A stretch of 62,178 nucleotides of DNA, filler included, from Choristocarpus tenellus KU-1152 (taxonomy: Eukaryota; Protista; Phaeophyceae): NCBI GenBank assembly GCA_964200185.2. It is 16 parts of 16 records of this genome, joined end to end, with 100 filler letters (N's around TTAATTAATTAA, not from the genome) between each part and the next. Parts side by side here need not be neighbours in the genome. Positions count along the whole stretch, not along the records: positions 10,410 to 12,986 come from CAXNAD020026611.1; positions 13,087 to 16,404 come from CAXNAD020020847.1; positions 16,505 to 23,433 come from CAXNAD020007037.1; positions 23,534 to 26,951 come from CAXNAD020020167.1; 12 more parts are not named here. One strand, written 5' to 3'. Below, piece by piece: positions 11,803 to 25,549 of this stretch. Position numbers and translations under genes: made by a program. Each line of letters opens with the position of its first letter. The stretch's first letter is position 1. The notes beneath the pieces are model-generated. The model had not been told where the DNA came from and did not search any database. It worked only from the letters and a program-made list of their open reading frames with translations.

Positions 11803-13889
11803 CCGTAATATGGAACGAAGGTTGTAGCGAGTACGTAGCGCTACCATCTTCCCCAAATTCGTAGTCGTCTGTCATCCCCTTCCTTAACCCGTCCGCACCT
11901 TCATGCCGCCCGTGGACATCCTGCCCTATATCTTAATTGAGGTCGGATGTGTGTTGTCGAGGCAGGGTTCATTTTTTTCCATTTAAATCACAATTGGGTG
12001 TTATGTCTATGTTCTTCCTTTCAGGTGTACGTGTGCTGCCTCACCTTTGGGTTTTGTGTTGATTTTTACTTCACAGACGGTTACAACCTGTTTCTTGGTC
12101 AAATTATTTTCCTTACGACACAGGTATATATATTACATGTGCAGAAGTTACAAATGTATGTGTATTGAGTTTTTACGTCAGAAACTTTGATTTAGTTCTA
12201 CTCTGTGTGTTTCCTAGGAAAGACCGATATATATTGTCACGTCACAAATAATAATAAACATCACCGCAGCAAAGAATTCGTCACATCCCCCTTCTAGTGT
12301 GGTCTTTCATATGCGGTGTTCCTCCTTCCACCCTTTACAGACGAAGACAACAATCAAGGATCCCCCGCATTACCATCTCTCCCACGTAACACGCTTTTTC
12401 GATATTGATATCACATGCCCGCTCCACAAAGGACATAATTGACATACCTCCAAAATGAACAAACATCACGTAATTACACCTGTCGCCAACTCATCCCCTC
12501 ACGCACCCTTAACTTACATCGAATTCGCAATAATTTCTTAACCCTTCTTACCCCCTCCCCAATTGACGATGCCCTCTCCATCATTTGACAATCACATATT
12601 GCTTAACGCTGGAAATGACAATCCCTAAATCCCCACCTCAATCGACACTAATCCCACTTCAGTAAGGCGATGAAGCCACAAGAGATGATCCAACCCAATC
12701 CACACTCCACAATATACTAACAACCCAAACACCCCACCAGAGAAATCGACCTCCAAAGAGGCCACTTTTCCAACATCCGAAGCTCCAAGTACATATACTA
12801 GATGCAGACTATTCAATATTCCACCCAAAAAAGACCAACCTGACACTCCATTTATGCGTTTTTCCGAACATATTCATATTATTTCGAGCACTTATAGGAG
12901 GGCCCATTTGGACGCCCCAGTGCAATCCCCCCCCCCCCCCCCCCCCCCCCCCTCCCCCCTCCTCGTTTTTTTATTCTTCTACGCCCNNNNNNNNNNNNNN
13001 NNNNNNNNNNNNNNNNNNNNNNNNNNNNNNTTAATTAATTAANNNNNNNNNNNNNNNNNNNNNNNNNNNNNNNNNNNNNNNNNNNNGATGATGAGTTGGA
13101 ATGCGCAATCAATAAATGAACACTAACACCAGTGCAGTGTACCAATCAAGAGTCATTACAAGCTGGTAGTATTGTGTATCATATTAACAAGAAACAAATG
13201 AGTAGCCTGTTTTAACAGCAATCACCGAATACATGATAAGCATGGAATAGATGTTCAGTCTTTGAGGTTGTACTAATCTGTTGTGAAGACAATTGACGAC
13301 AATACATCGAAGAGTCTCACAACTCTACAACACCACCATACATATATGATAAAGACATCTAACTAGTCAAGGACACTAACAAAATCAGCTCTGAAATGAA
13401 ATGTTGCTGGCAGACTAAGAAACAGCGTGATTCACACTCATTCACCTAGTATTCGTCAAATGTTGCACAATGATTTCACGTGATGCTCAAATCTAGATCT
13501 TACTTTGAACGTTCCTCCCCATCATCTCCTCGAAACTTTCGAAGCAGTTTCCATCTTCCCTCTTCCACCAACCCAAGAGCTGTGAGCATGTGCCACAGGT
13601 TATGAGGCGACGAATATTGGTCGCTTCACTCTTCCGCATCCACACTGCCTTCCTCTAAACGAGAATCTCACTATTCTCCATCTGCAATGTTTGCCTTGTT
13701 ATCTCACCCCGATCATGGCACCCCTTAAGGATGGTTCCGTGGACATAGCAATAATCGCCCACAACAATGGGTTTGACCTTCATCCCTGTCCTCACCGTCA
13801 CAAATCCATGGTGACAAAGTCCACCTTGTGAATTCCTCCTGTTCCTGTCATGAGGCGCATCACCTCGCCATCAACTTTTAGATCCAGGA

Positions 13890-14600
13890 CATATGAATAT
13901 ATGCAAACGAATTGTTACCAATTCGGCAATGAGGACATTGGGAAAAGGTTAGGCGTCAACATATGGGGGGTAAGCAAGGATTGTTATTTCTTAGAACGTT
14001 TGATGTTAATAGCTTCCAATTCGACCAACCTATGTCGATACAAATGTCGACGACAATAAAAGTCACCACAAATAGACCGAAACAATAACAATTACCTCAA
14101 AACTAAAAGGAGGTCAAACAATTTGGTATAGGACAATAGGGATATACAAAAGAGAATTGTCGCAATTGCGGCAAAGAAGACATCGGGGGAGAGTGTACAG
14201 TGTTGACGTGTGGGTTACATATGCTATAATTGCTTGGAAGGTTTAATGTCCCCCCCTAACAATTTGACCAACGTGTGTCAATACAAATGAATTTGAGAAT
14301 AAAAGCCACTCCACACAGTTCAAAACAAAAACACAACCGCAAAGTGAAATAACATCAACCTATTTGGTCAGGGTATTTGTGATATTAAAAAAGAATTGCT
14401 ACAAACGCGACAAGGAAAACATGGCGGGTATGGATTTGTCATGTGGAGGTATTTGTTATTATTGCTTCAAATGTGTAATGCATTAGACACCAATTTAACC
14501 AGAGTGTGTCAATACGAAATATTGTAAGGATAAAAACCACTCCAGACAGTCCGAGACAAGAACACAACCCCAGAGTAAAAGGAGACGAGACAGAGTGGAT
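13890..14600. repeat. Degenerate tandem array, unit about 230-245 bp, about 3 copies
   Basis: Anchor CAATT(C/T)(G/A)ACCA..TGTC.ATAC at 14017, 14260 and 14491; anchor GAATTG at 13909, 14154 and 14393. Confidence 0.75.
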
Positions 14601-16625
14601 ACGTGTGCGACAAATTCCTCTATCGCTTGCAGATGGGATTGTACAAGGATTAAGATGACAACACCACTAAGCCTGATGCACCTTTTCGTAGCTTGTTACA
14701 CGAGACCTACTCAAAAACATACGAAATTATCCTAATTCCGCCAAATGTCTAAACCAAAAAGGGGGGCAATCAAGCCTGAAACAGATGAGTCAAGAAAAAA
14801 TAATTCCCTCCATTAAACTCCGGAAGACATCGCCATTGTCCACCTCTCCAAACAGGAGCATTCTTTTTACCTGCTTCGTTTTAACATTCGAGCCCGAAAT
14901 TCTAGGGGGACAGAGGGAAAGGCACGTCACCTAATGTGTACGAGTGTATGGTGAATGAATGAACAGCTCGACCTCAGGTAACTTTAGGATTTGACAAATG
15001 GACTAACATCCCACCCCTGATATTATACAGAGTCGTACCTTTCCAGATAGAACACTGTGGAAGCCTTGTCCCGCTTCTTCCTTGACTTTGGTTTTGAACC
15101 ATCCATGTCCTCGCCTCCCTTCTCCCCCTCCTACAAACATCCCTCTGGCTCCTATGTTTTCAGTCCTTTCACGATCTGATCTGCAACCTCTTTCACTGCG
15201 CCTTCAATGAACATCTCCTTCACATGCATCCTTCAAAGATACGCGCTTTTCAATTTGATATCATCGTTGGCGGTTGGTGGCTTCTTCTTTGTGGCCTGGT
15301 TCCCGATACCCCTAAGAGTTTTGGAAAACTGGGGGGAAGGGGAGAATGGTGATGTGGTTGTCAGAGAAACTTAGTGAATAAGGTGAAATCTCGGATCGAG
15401 TGAGACAAGCGTTGTGGTTGAAGAGGGTGGGAGTTTCGCCTTTTTTCTTCTTCTGGTTCAAGGCATGGCCTTAACTGATTTAGTCTTTGACGGTCGAACC
15501 ACTGCGAAGTATTGCGAGCAGGTAAATTGTGTAGGACTATGGAATGACTACGTCGAAGAGCGATGTTCACACCTCCTCAAAGATACGGAATTGAAAATAA
15601 TTACAAACAAGTCTCAACCTTGGATGTTGCATCCCCTACATGCGCGACCCGATCTCCGGTTAATTCTCTGATGCTGCGAGCTTAAGGGAAAAGTAATCAA
15701 AATCATATAAAATCGCAACGTTCGTTTTCTTCCTCGAAACGGACACGATCTTATCTTCCCGGATTTCTTTTATTGGGATACTGAGGATGAAAGTTAATCG
15801 GGATCATATGAAATTCGCAAACTTGGTTTTGTTACCCACAACAAATGTGACCCTATCTCGAGTAAATTTTCTGCATCAATCTTGGATTTGGAACGCACAA
15901 CCCTATCTCCCTTTAAAATCAACGCCGGAGGGATGGATGGTATCTTCGTTACCCTTAAACAGATGAGGCAAAGACTCTTAGAAAAACGAGTTAAAAAATA
16001 GTTGTGGAATCAACACCAAAACCAAATTCAACGCGAGAAGGTTCGATGATGTATTTATTCGTTAGGGTTGAAAAATACAAATATTTCAACGCAACAGATA
16101 TGTCCATATAAGATCGAACAGATTGGAGGCAATTGAAATATATCGGTTGCACAATGTTTGGAGAACAAATTTACCCCCGGCATATTTTGCCATGCCCGAG
16201 CGTTCCGCGTTATGTTCCTTCGCAAATCGACTACTAGTACTACCAAGAAGATTTCACTGTCCTGAGTTGGATTAGAAACTACACACATTCGCCGATCCCT
16301 AGAAATATGGATTTCAACATTTATGTGATGTGTGTTAAAGTATCCCCAAAATCATCAAAGAGGATAAAGGTGATGAACCCAGCGAGATTGCTTGGTGTCT
16401 GTAGNNNNNNNNNNNNNNNNNNNNNNNNNNNNNNNNNNNNNNNNNNNNTTAATTAATTAANNNNNNNNNNNNNNNNNNNNNNNNNNNNNNNNNNNNNNNN
16501 NNNNGTATACAACATAGGTATACGTACGTTTATATTTGGTTAGGTATGATACAGAGTACGTACGTATATAAAATACAATAAGTCAACATTAATTCACAAA
16601 TCAGTGATGATGGATGGTTGACAGG

Positions 16626-16711
16626 CAATTAATAATTCAGTGTGTGCTTTACCATGTACTTCAACAGCGAGCTTCCGGCGACGAGCCTCATGTTCCTCAA
16701 GCTTCTCAACA
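16626..16711 (+). repeat. LTR-like repeat 3' end, same family as 41720-41879
   Basis: Shares AATTAATAATTCAGTGTGTGC...GCTTCCGGCGACGAGCCT...CAAGCTT.TCAACA with the contig-11 copy. Confidence 0.65.
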
Positions 16712-19700
16712 GTTGTTGGGTTAGGAGACTGTGATGCGATATCGCGACACCTAGTGCCTAGATAAAATGCGAACAGATGGGGTAGATTCCTCGGAAAGAA
16801 TGATCTAAGCATATTTGTTGCGCTCTGGTGGTTTGTGGTGTGACAATGAAGCGATTCTCTTATTGAGATTTAATTGTAATTAAGCGGTTAAGTTGGGATG
16901 GAGCAACTTAACCGTTGCGTGTTTTGACGAAGTGAAGGCGGAAACGCAGTAAGAAGAAGACGCAATGAATAAGGGGATGGCCCCAACATTGAACCGGAGT
17001 CGTTTGTCCTGTACCCATTGTACTGCTGCAAAAACTGAAAGATATGTGAATAAATAAAACGGGTATTGTGCATATACAGGTGGATTATGACATTGTTTTA
17101 TTTTAATATACGAATTTCATGGCAACTTTCGGTCTTTTTGGGAGGGTAGAGACGGGTTATTTGGAGGATGGCAGCATTTTAAAGGACAAGTATGGAGGAA
17201 GAATCTGCGCGGAGGCAGGAGGTTAAGTGTAAGTGAATGTTAATCCTTGCCTCTGATCCTATCGAATGTAGTGTGTGAAAGACATAGACTTGGTGTATGT
17301 CAATACATGTGGCATTAGATGGCGTTTAAAAAAACTGTTCTAACTTTAAGAATGGGGGTGTACATATGATGATATTTGAAGCATTGGTCACAGTGCATAA
17401 CTTTTGAACATGGTTTGACATGAGATAGGATACATTTTTACCATAGTGGACATCACATAAACGGCCAGGTGCACATGTCGTGTGTATAGTGATAAATGTT
17501 TCACATGTGTAACAGACTCAATGCAGGGCAAATATGCGCGGAAGGTTTTGTTTTAAATTTGAATATGCACTCTACTGCTCTGATCTTGTGAAACGAAGTG
17601 CATTGAAAAGCACAGGGCAAGACATATGTTGACGAGTGCAGCATTAGATGTGTAGGATTAAACAATTAGCCTTTGGATGGTGAAAATATTACCTTGGTGG
17701 ACAACACAGTACATGGAGATCTGCACGTGTAGGTGACACAGGAAAACATTTCCCATTTCATAGACTTGATACAAACTGAAGGCTTTCATTGGAAACAGTC
17801 CAACTCTAAAGTACAAAGCACATAGGCGAGAAGAACTCGTGAGGTGTTGCGCATGTGAAGAAGCGCTTGTCGTGATGAAGAGAGGCTGCACTATTATTGC
17901 AGAAGACACACGCTAAACATCGTGTTCAAAGAATCAAATTTCGATCAATACCTCCAAATGCTGTAAGTTATACAATACAATACCGGTCATGAAGGAACAT
18001 GTGAACGTCGATTAGATGTCGGGTGATAAATTTTGCGGTTAACTTTAACAGGCAACGATCAAACTTTAAACCATAACACACATCCATGGTTAGACCTCAG
18101 TCCAGCAAAATCATGTTAAACACAAGACCAACAACAGATCATTCGAGGTCTAACACACAGCAGCAACTGCATTTTACACACACTCGAAACGCATGAAATT
18201 TATCGACCAAGAGAGGTTGACCTGTTACTCTAGTTAAGCTCAAGATCTGAAAATCAATGAAGACCACAATGCCAGTCACTCCTTGGGACCGTAGGCCGTT
18301 ATATTGACATATGTATAGTTTACATTTGTTTCCCACCTGACACATTTCCAAAATGTCAGAGGGCATAATAATAAAATATAGTGATAATCATTATCGCCTC
18401 GGTAAGATCCCGGGGCAAAACTCAAAGTTTGATGATCTCATAGAGGAATCATCCAATCGAAGCGACCAATTTGCGTTTGTTTTTGCCAACCAAAACGCTA
18501 CAAAGCTGCAATATACAAGGATAAGACTCACAATGGTCTTGATTATGAGAGATGCGCTTGTTATGTTTGCTAGCATGTCACACCCTTTCGCTGCCTCGGC
18601 CGAAACCCCGATCGTCAGGCAGGAACTAAGACTACCTCGCCAGAACAGGAGGTCCATGCATGATGAGGTATCAAGCCACACTTCGCTGCCACACCAAGAG
18701 TTTGTCAACTGTGTACTGGCAACCCTCACACCGATGCTTCAAGCTATTTTAACCCAGAACTCCTTGCCCGCTGTCTGTGCTGCCACAAACAAACAACCTG
18801 CTTTGGTTCCTGCGAAATGCGGAACTCGTTCATTCCAAAAAGCAAATCATCAAAACCCGTTCGACCAGTCACATCTGTTCTCCGGTCTGTACTTCGATTC
18901 CCACTTGCTTTAGCCACAGACGGGGCGAGCGATAGAAGTAGACAGCATTCGGACAAAGACCTACCTCCATCGCTCAATTCACCGAGGAATGTCCAGGGAA
19001 GGGTCGAAATAGACGGAAGCTTGCATGGGCTATGGCAGACTGCTCTTTCGTCATGGGGTGCTCACTAACCCTGTTGTCAAAGATGTTTTGAATTTGCTGG
19101 TCACCTCTGGGTGGCGTTTCTTGTTTTCTGCATTTTTTCTTTTCTGCATTTTTTCTTTTTGAAGTGAATTTCTTTTTGTCCAAACTGATTTTCCTAATAC
19201 AATTTCTTATTGCGTATAGATCAAAAACCAAGATGAATTTCATTTTGCGCAAACACTATATTGGTGGGGAACCACTTGTACACGTTTCGCAGATAGGGGA
19301 GGGAGTGGCACTGACAAAATGTTTGTAGACGTTTTATGGACGGGGGAGTTGTATTCGAAATATCCGTATAGGTTTAGCAGAGGATAAGTCCTACCAACAA
19401 ATCGTTTTTGCACGTTCGCAAGGCAGAAGTATGCGAGACGACCAATTTTCTATCAAGTCTCATTTTTGACACGTAGTGTTTGTCACTGCACAAGTGGCTC
19501 TGTCGAGATGTGTCTTGCGTTTCAAGCAAGAGACACCAGGTAGATGGGTAAAAGGGGTCTTTCAGTCTCTTGGGATGCTTCCTTAACTCCTTGCACACCT
19601 TTGTAGGGCTATGCTAAGTTAGAAGGATAGCAGGAGTGTACACATTGCATTGAAATTACTATCGTTTAAGGGAGCATTGTATTATTAGTTTTCAAACAAA

Positions 19701-20078
19701 AAGTATTTTTTAGAGAGATATGTTTTCCATTAACAAATATTTCTTTTGCAGGGGTCCTTGTGATACACCTTTGGTTTTTGCCTGACATATCTACAAAATT
19801 TCAGACTGCACAATAATATAAATTTTATCAACTTGGAAAGTTAAGAGTGACCTCAACACGTATGTATGGGGACCTGGGGATACGACACACTAGAGATTCC
19901 ATGTTACCAGGTACATTGCCTATTGAATCTTCCACAACATCCCCGTTTAGATAGGGGGATAGTATCATGTAAAATATGACTCTTCTGCTACTATAGAATA
20001 AGGGAACGAAATACTGTATGTAATTTCAGTAGAAGTAGTACGATTTGTATGCAATTATTTGCAATAAAGCAACAAGGA

Positions 20079-20190
20079 TGTTAAAGAAACTGATGTTCCC
20101 AAGACTTGTGAATATAAATGACTCGATTATTTCCATGTTGTGTAGAACAGGTTGTACATGAAGTAAGGAAGGTGAAAGGGAGGAGTGACA
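20079..20190 (-). mobile_element. Inverted 3' part of a copia LTR
   Basis: Reverse complement of the LTR end at about 20248-20357 and about 11057-11169 (TGTTAAAGA..TGATGTTCCCAAGACTTGTG...GTTGTACATGAAGTAAG). Confidence 0.85.
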
Positions 20191-20357
20191 TGTTATTAGA
20201 ATATGAATGACAAGGTGACAACGACCCCCACATTTGGGGTTGGATGTTCACTCCTTCCTTTCACCTTTCTTACTTCATGTACAACCCGTTCGGGAGAACA
20301 ATGAATTAATCGAGCCATTTATATGCACAAGTCTTGGGAACATCAATATCTTTAACA
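20191..20357 (+). mobile_element. Copia 5' LTR (short or 5'-truncated)
   Basis: TGTTATTAGAATAT...CTTTAACA; homologous to 11005-11169; followed by a gag relic. Confidence 0.8.
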
Positions 20358-20639
20358 TGCTAGGTTGCAGTACTTATTGAGTTGTGCTAAGTTCTCAAGG
20401 CTAGCGCTAAATCGATTTGAGGGGGAGTCCCAATGGAGGTGGCTGCCGGTTGCAGAAGACGTACTTCGAGAAGACCAGAGTATGGAGACACAACACCTGC
20501 AACACCAGTTGAAGAAGTTGGAGAGGTGGTTGAGTCTGAGGAGGATGACCATGGAGAGGTGGTTAGCAGAACCGCGCAACAGGAGATACCAACTAGAAGG
20601 AGATTGCGACGACTGATACCACTGCTGTCAAAATTCAAG

Positions 20640-21586
20640 GTTCTAGTGGTGATAATGACGGTGAAGGATTTGCAATGTTCGAGCGAAAATTCCGTACATG
20701 TGCTACCATGGGCGGCTGGAAGGATACTTTGTTATCGGATGATCACATCAGAGTGAGCTGTGATTTCTTTGATGATTCCAGATGGTCTGAACGAGAAGTA
20801 GAAGAAGAAAGTATGGAGATGGCTGCTGTGCTGATGGCTTTGGATGGGCTTGTGGAACAAGTGGCAAGCAACCACGACAGTCCTTCTGAAGCTTTTCAAG
20901 CTTTAAGGAACCACTTCAGGAAAAGTGGTACTACCATGAGATCGAAACTTATTTTACTACATTTACCTGCGGGATAGGATCCATCCACCGCCATCATGGA
21001 GCTGGACGGGATCGTGAAGAAGATGAGATCACTACAAGATGGACTGAGTGATGAGGAGCAACTTAGTTTCATGCACAATTGTTTGACTGAAGTATACTTT
21101 ATCGAGATTTGACAGGTCACAGAGAGTGGACGAGAAGCGAGGCTGGATCTGCAAAGACGAGCTTGCGAGACTTATTAACTTCGTAAACGTCTACTTGAAC
21201 GACGGATGGGAAGTAATAGCAGTGTATTGATGGTGGGAGGAACACATTCGAGAGGTGGAACCACTGATTTTCAAAAGGATTGGCAATCAAGACGTGTGGA
21301 GTGCTGGCTGTGTCGAGGACCACACTTTCAATCCTCCTGTCCCACTGCTGTTTCGTCTCGTGCTGGATCCTATACAGGTTCTTGCTATGTTTGTAGAGCA
21401 AAAGGACACAAGATTTATTTTTGTCCCAAACGCGCTAGAGCTATGGGAGAATCGGGTCAAGGATCGTCTAGACCAACTCCTCAAAGGAAGAGGAAGCACT
21501 GTAATGAAACGGGGAGTGGTGATGCCAGGGAGAATGGTGAATTTCCAATGATCATGCCAGGGGGGAAACAATCTGGGGAGAATTAA
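20640..21586 (+). pseudogene. Copia gag remnant with two zinc knuckles
   Basis: CWLCRGPHFQSSC (CX2CX3HX4C) and CYVCRAKGHKIYFC (CX2CX4HX4C). The upstream gag-like frame FERKFRTCATMGGWKDTLL... is broken by stops. Confidence 0.8.
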
Positions 21587-22224
21587 ATTGGACTTCTTTG
21601 CAATCAACACGTTCTTCTGGAGGACTGGAATTGGAGTTTGAAAACAAGTGGAAAAATCATGGAAGGTACACTTTGAACGCTACTCAAAGAACCTTCTTGA
21701 CAACTCCTGACCTGCACTCAAGACAAATACTTCAAGTGCCAGACATGACAGAGAGGATTGTGTCAGGACTAGTTCTAGCCGAGGGGGGACGAGAACTGAT
21801 GCACTCGCCCTGACAAGGGCTGGAGGAGATACCGTCACAGGCGGAAAATCTGAGGAGACTGCAATGTCAGAGGAGAATTTTGCAGCGACAGGATTGAATA
21901 CCCTTGAAGGGGTTTCAGGAAAGACCATCGACCCAGGGGGGACTGTTGAGGAGGAGAGGCCTACCCCAAAGGTGCCTAGAACGGATGTTGATCTGGAGTG
22001 ATCGACTAGAGCAAACACGACACCAAAGCGCAGTGTTGTGGCATCTGATAAGCTCGCCAAGGAAGGGGTTAGAAGAGTCGACTTCGTACCGGATGAGGCT
22101 GGAGGTATCGACCTAATCCACACTGGGGCTAGAGATTTCCATCTCGACCAAGACAAGAGGGGAGTGGAGGCTATGTGGATTGTGGAGGAATGATGTTTAA
22201 GGCTACTACATGTTATAACATTAT

Positions 22225-22590
22225 TAAACCCCTGTGTCTACCAAGAAGATTGTCAGCGTCAGGATCACATATGGTTCGACTTGAGGGTTGGCCTGAGAGT
22301 TTCAATCCCTCTAATCAATGACCAACTTCGGTGGAGCAGGTACTAATGTGAGGATGTGCATCCTGGCAGCGTGTTTAGCCTTTTAACAGAGTGTAACCAT
22401 GGCGAAATTCGATCCCGTGAGAGAAGTGTTTGATAGAACCTCAGTAAATCCCTGTGTCTACCGAGGAGGTGACCACTAATGATCTAACAAAAGCGAATCC
22501 TGGGGATCACAAGCTGCTTAACTTGATGAGGTTTCACCCGAGGGTTGCTATCCCTCTAAATCAGTGACCACCTTTGGCGGTGATAGTTTA
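22225..22590 (+). repeat. Imperfect direct repeat (period about 220-245 bp) downstream of the gag relic
   Basis: TAAA(C/T)CCCTGTGTCTACC at 22225 and 22445; GGATCACA in both units; ATCCCTCTAA(A)TCA(A/G)TGACCA at about 22305 and about 22550. Confidence 0.7.
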
Positions 22591-23212
22591 CCATAGTAGG
22601 TTACGTTGTATGGTGGTAGATTGGAGGATTGCCAAGAAAGTCAGAATTGGGGCTATGATATACTTTGGTGTTTGGGAGTATGCATTGTCATCCTTGCTAC
22701 AAGCATTAACACTACCAGTTGCCACAGTGAAAGAAAGTGATAGCAGAAACCATTTCATGGTGCCCAATAGCAGGATACTCAGTTCAAGTCAATCAAGAGG
22801 GGAGGGGGGGGGATTCAGGACACAATAATGTGGGTAATGAGATGGATATACGAAGATGGTTATATAATTGAATGTCAGGAACATCTCCAATAGTTTCGAG
22901 TTGAACCAGGGGTTGGAAGTGAATGCGTTTAGATTGAAGAGGGGACATGTAAGCAACATGCTGCATTTCCTCCATGTAGCAGCAATGTAACGTAAGATAT
23001 TCACAATCAAATTCAAATGGTTCAGGTTCCCATTATGCTCAAGATTCATATAATGTTTGAGAACATTGGAAACAGACATAAATTGTAACCTTTACCTTCG
23101 GCTTCATTTGTTTTTCTATTCCACCATAATTTCAATATATATCATGATTGTAAAATGATGGTATAGGACACCATCAATATCCCTACCTCTAAAAAGTTTG
23201 TGTGGAGTCATA

Positions 23213-23272
23213 TGTGCATCGTGTGATTATGTGTGGCGTGGTTCACTCAGGCAAGGGTGGTGAAGAGATTCA
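23213..23272 (+). repeat. Dispersed repeat, with an inverted copy at 29810-29874
   Basis: ATCGTGTGATT.TGTG..GGCGTGGTTCACTCAGGCAAGGGTGG.GAAGAGA is shared between contigs 5 and 8. Confidence 0.75.
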
Positions 23273-25375
23273 ATGGGCAAGATGGACCACACGAACAAAG
23301 ACAAACCATACCCTAGGGTACGAGGTTAAGGTTGGACAAGTGCAAATTGAGGAGTCATGAGCATCATCAAGATGGAGCTTCATCACCACCCGTCAAGTGT
23401 TCGTAGATAGTGCTGCTGATACACTATAGACACNNNNNNNNNNNNNNNNNNNNNNNNNNNNNNNNNNNNNNNNNNNNTTAATTAATTAANNNNNNNNNNN
23501 NNNNNNNNNNNNNNNNNNNNNNNNNNNNNNNNNTGGGTGTCAGAGAGCCTTCTCTTGATGCTCCACTCAGTGCTTAGCTCAAAGCTCGACTCAATGTTTC
23601 GTTCAATTTAAAAGAGTTTTAAGAGGGGCGTTGGTTTTGACCAAAAGCCCTTTTATTATTTTCATTATCCACCCAATGTCTTTGGACTTATATGCAACTG
23701 CTGTATACATACTCCAATCATAAACCTTTATTCAGCACCTTCTTAGGAACTTTGGCGTTTTCTCCTGTAATGTTACGTATGCATTACGAATCTTACTCTG
23801 TATCATCTAGGGAATCAGTATTTATTCTGTAAGGCTACCTATGTGCTACTAATCTCGTATACTGCTCGCGCTTGTTAGAATGCGAGAAGAAACGCTCGCG
23901 CTGTTCGCCTGTAACAGATGGTGGCAAGGGAAGAACTCAGTCGCTCTAATTTGTAGCCTGAAAATGTCTACCTGTCCAACACAAGATGCTTCAATTTTTT
24001 CAATATTTTGTGTCGGGTCTTAAGAAACGATAGATAAATGTTGTTTCCTTGTGGGAAAGCAATGTTTTGTTTAGGGAAAGAAATTATGCATGTTATGAAG
24101 CGAAGGTTTAAGGTTATAATGTCAAGATGAAGCTAGAAAACAGTTGGAATATACCAAGAGAGCTGCTAGGAAGTACAACAGACGATTAAGCACAGAGGTT
24201 GGTGGTCAGTGTGGAAGGAAGTGATTACCACAGAGGGGAGGAGGAAGGTGAGTGAAGGAAGTGTCCTGGCGTTGGATTAACTGAATTAAGGCAATGGAGG
24301 TGCATTGAAGGCATTAAAGCGAAGGAGCAGAGACCAGCGATTAAGGTGGGGATGAGGAAGGAGCGGATGCAAGCATGGTCCTGACATGGGAGAGAGTCCC
24401 CTAGTTGTGAAGGGAACTATAGGAGATTTGACTAGCGATATCATGCATATAAACGGAAAGCTCGTCGACATTGGAGGCACCTTGAACAATCCCAATCAGC
24501 TGCCAGAAAGTACCGCACAGGTCAATGGAAGGCTTGGTGGAGGATTGGCCCCATGCAATGACCTCATTGCAGTAGACAGTAGGTGAAGTGGAATAATTAA
24601 GGAAGGCTTTGGACAAGGAGGAAAGGAGACTTAGGTTGTTGCATGGGTATCTCAGGTTGGTAGTGTTGCGAGGAGGTGTTAGGACAGAATTACTTTTCAC
24701 ATCAAAATACCCTGAAGTGTTTGCATTTTCCGGAATTATTAGGAGATGGATACTTTGTATCAGATCAGCTATATAAAGAAGCTTTTCGTGATGATGGACT
24801 TGAATTGACAGCATTCGCCCCAAGAAAAGTGGACGGAAAGGGGTCACCTTCAGTTTCATCACCAACAAATTAGGAATCTATTCGATGACACACAAATAGA
24901 CAAGATTCTTCTCCACAATTTTCAGGGACACTATGAGTTTAATAGGTCGACCGAGCAAGGTGTCCCACAAATGATGACAATGTGGAATAAAAGGTCCGTA
25001 ATTATTTTGTGAGGCATTCAGATGAATTGTGACAAGTTTCTCTTTGGCCCCATTACCTTCGACTTTGCATTGTATAATGATTTGGAGAAGTAGTCAAACG
25101 AACTCAATGTAGGGTCATCTATCTTCCCATCTATCCTATATCATGGGATTTCTAAATCGAAAAATAGAGCTAAAAATGGACGCGTATGATGGGGTAATTA
25201 TTGTATAATAAATCGCAACGATACCCACTACAACATGCAATAAATAACTTTTAATATCAAGAGCCAAGCACCTCTGGACCAGGCCACCTCTTCAATCTTC
25301 AGCACCCATATTTGATACGGAATTTTTTATTTTTCCCCAAACAAACCTGTTCCAACCATTGCCGAACACAAGAAG

Positions 25376-25549
25376 GGCTCAAAGTATCTGGGTGTGTGTG
25401 GCGGCTCTCCATTTGGGGTCAATTTTTTATGTCACGATTTTTGGCTGATTTGGTTGCATACATCGGATGGATAATGTAAGTGCACTTTTTTTGGTTTTGA
25501 CCAAATGGACACCCTGGTGTAGAGAGCCCCCCACCAGATACTTTGGGTC
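25376..25549 (+). mobile_element. MITE, TCAAAGTATCT-TIR family, subfamily B, complete copy
   Basis: GGCTCAAAGTATCTGG...CCAGATACTTTGGGTC; flanking AAG/AAG (3-bp TSD); the interior matches 62023-62178. Confidence 0.88.

Noticed and set aside
18353-18913. 186-aa ORF
   Set aside because: No motif, no splice support, and overlapping frames are equally uninformative.
22520-22570. Possible minus-strand hammerhead (CTGA..GAGGG/CCCTC..GAAAC)
   Set aside because: The core is not CUGANGA and the spacing to GAAA is wrong.
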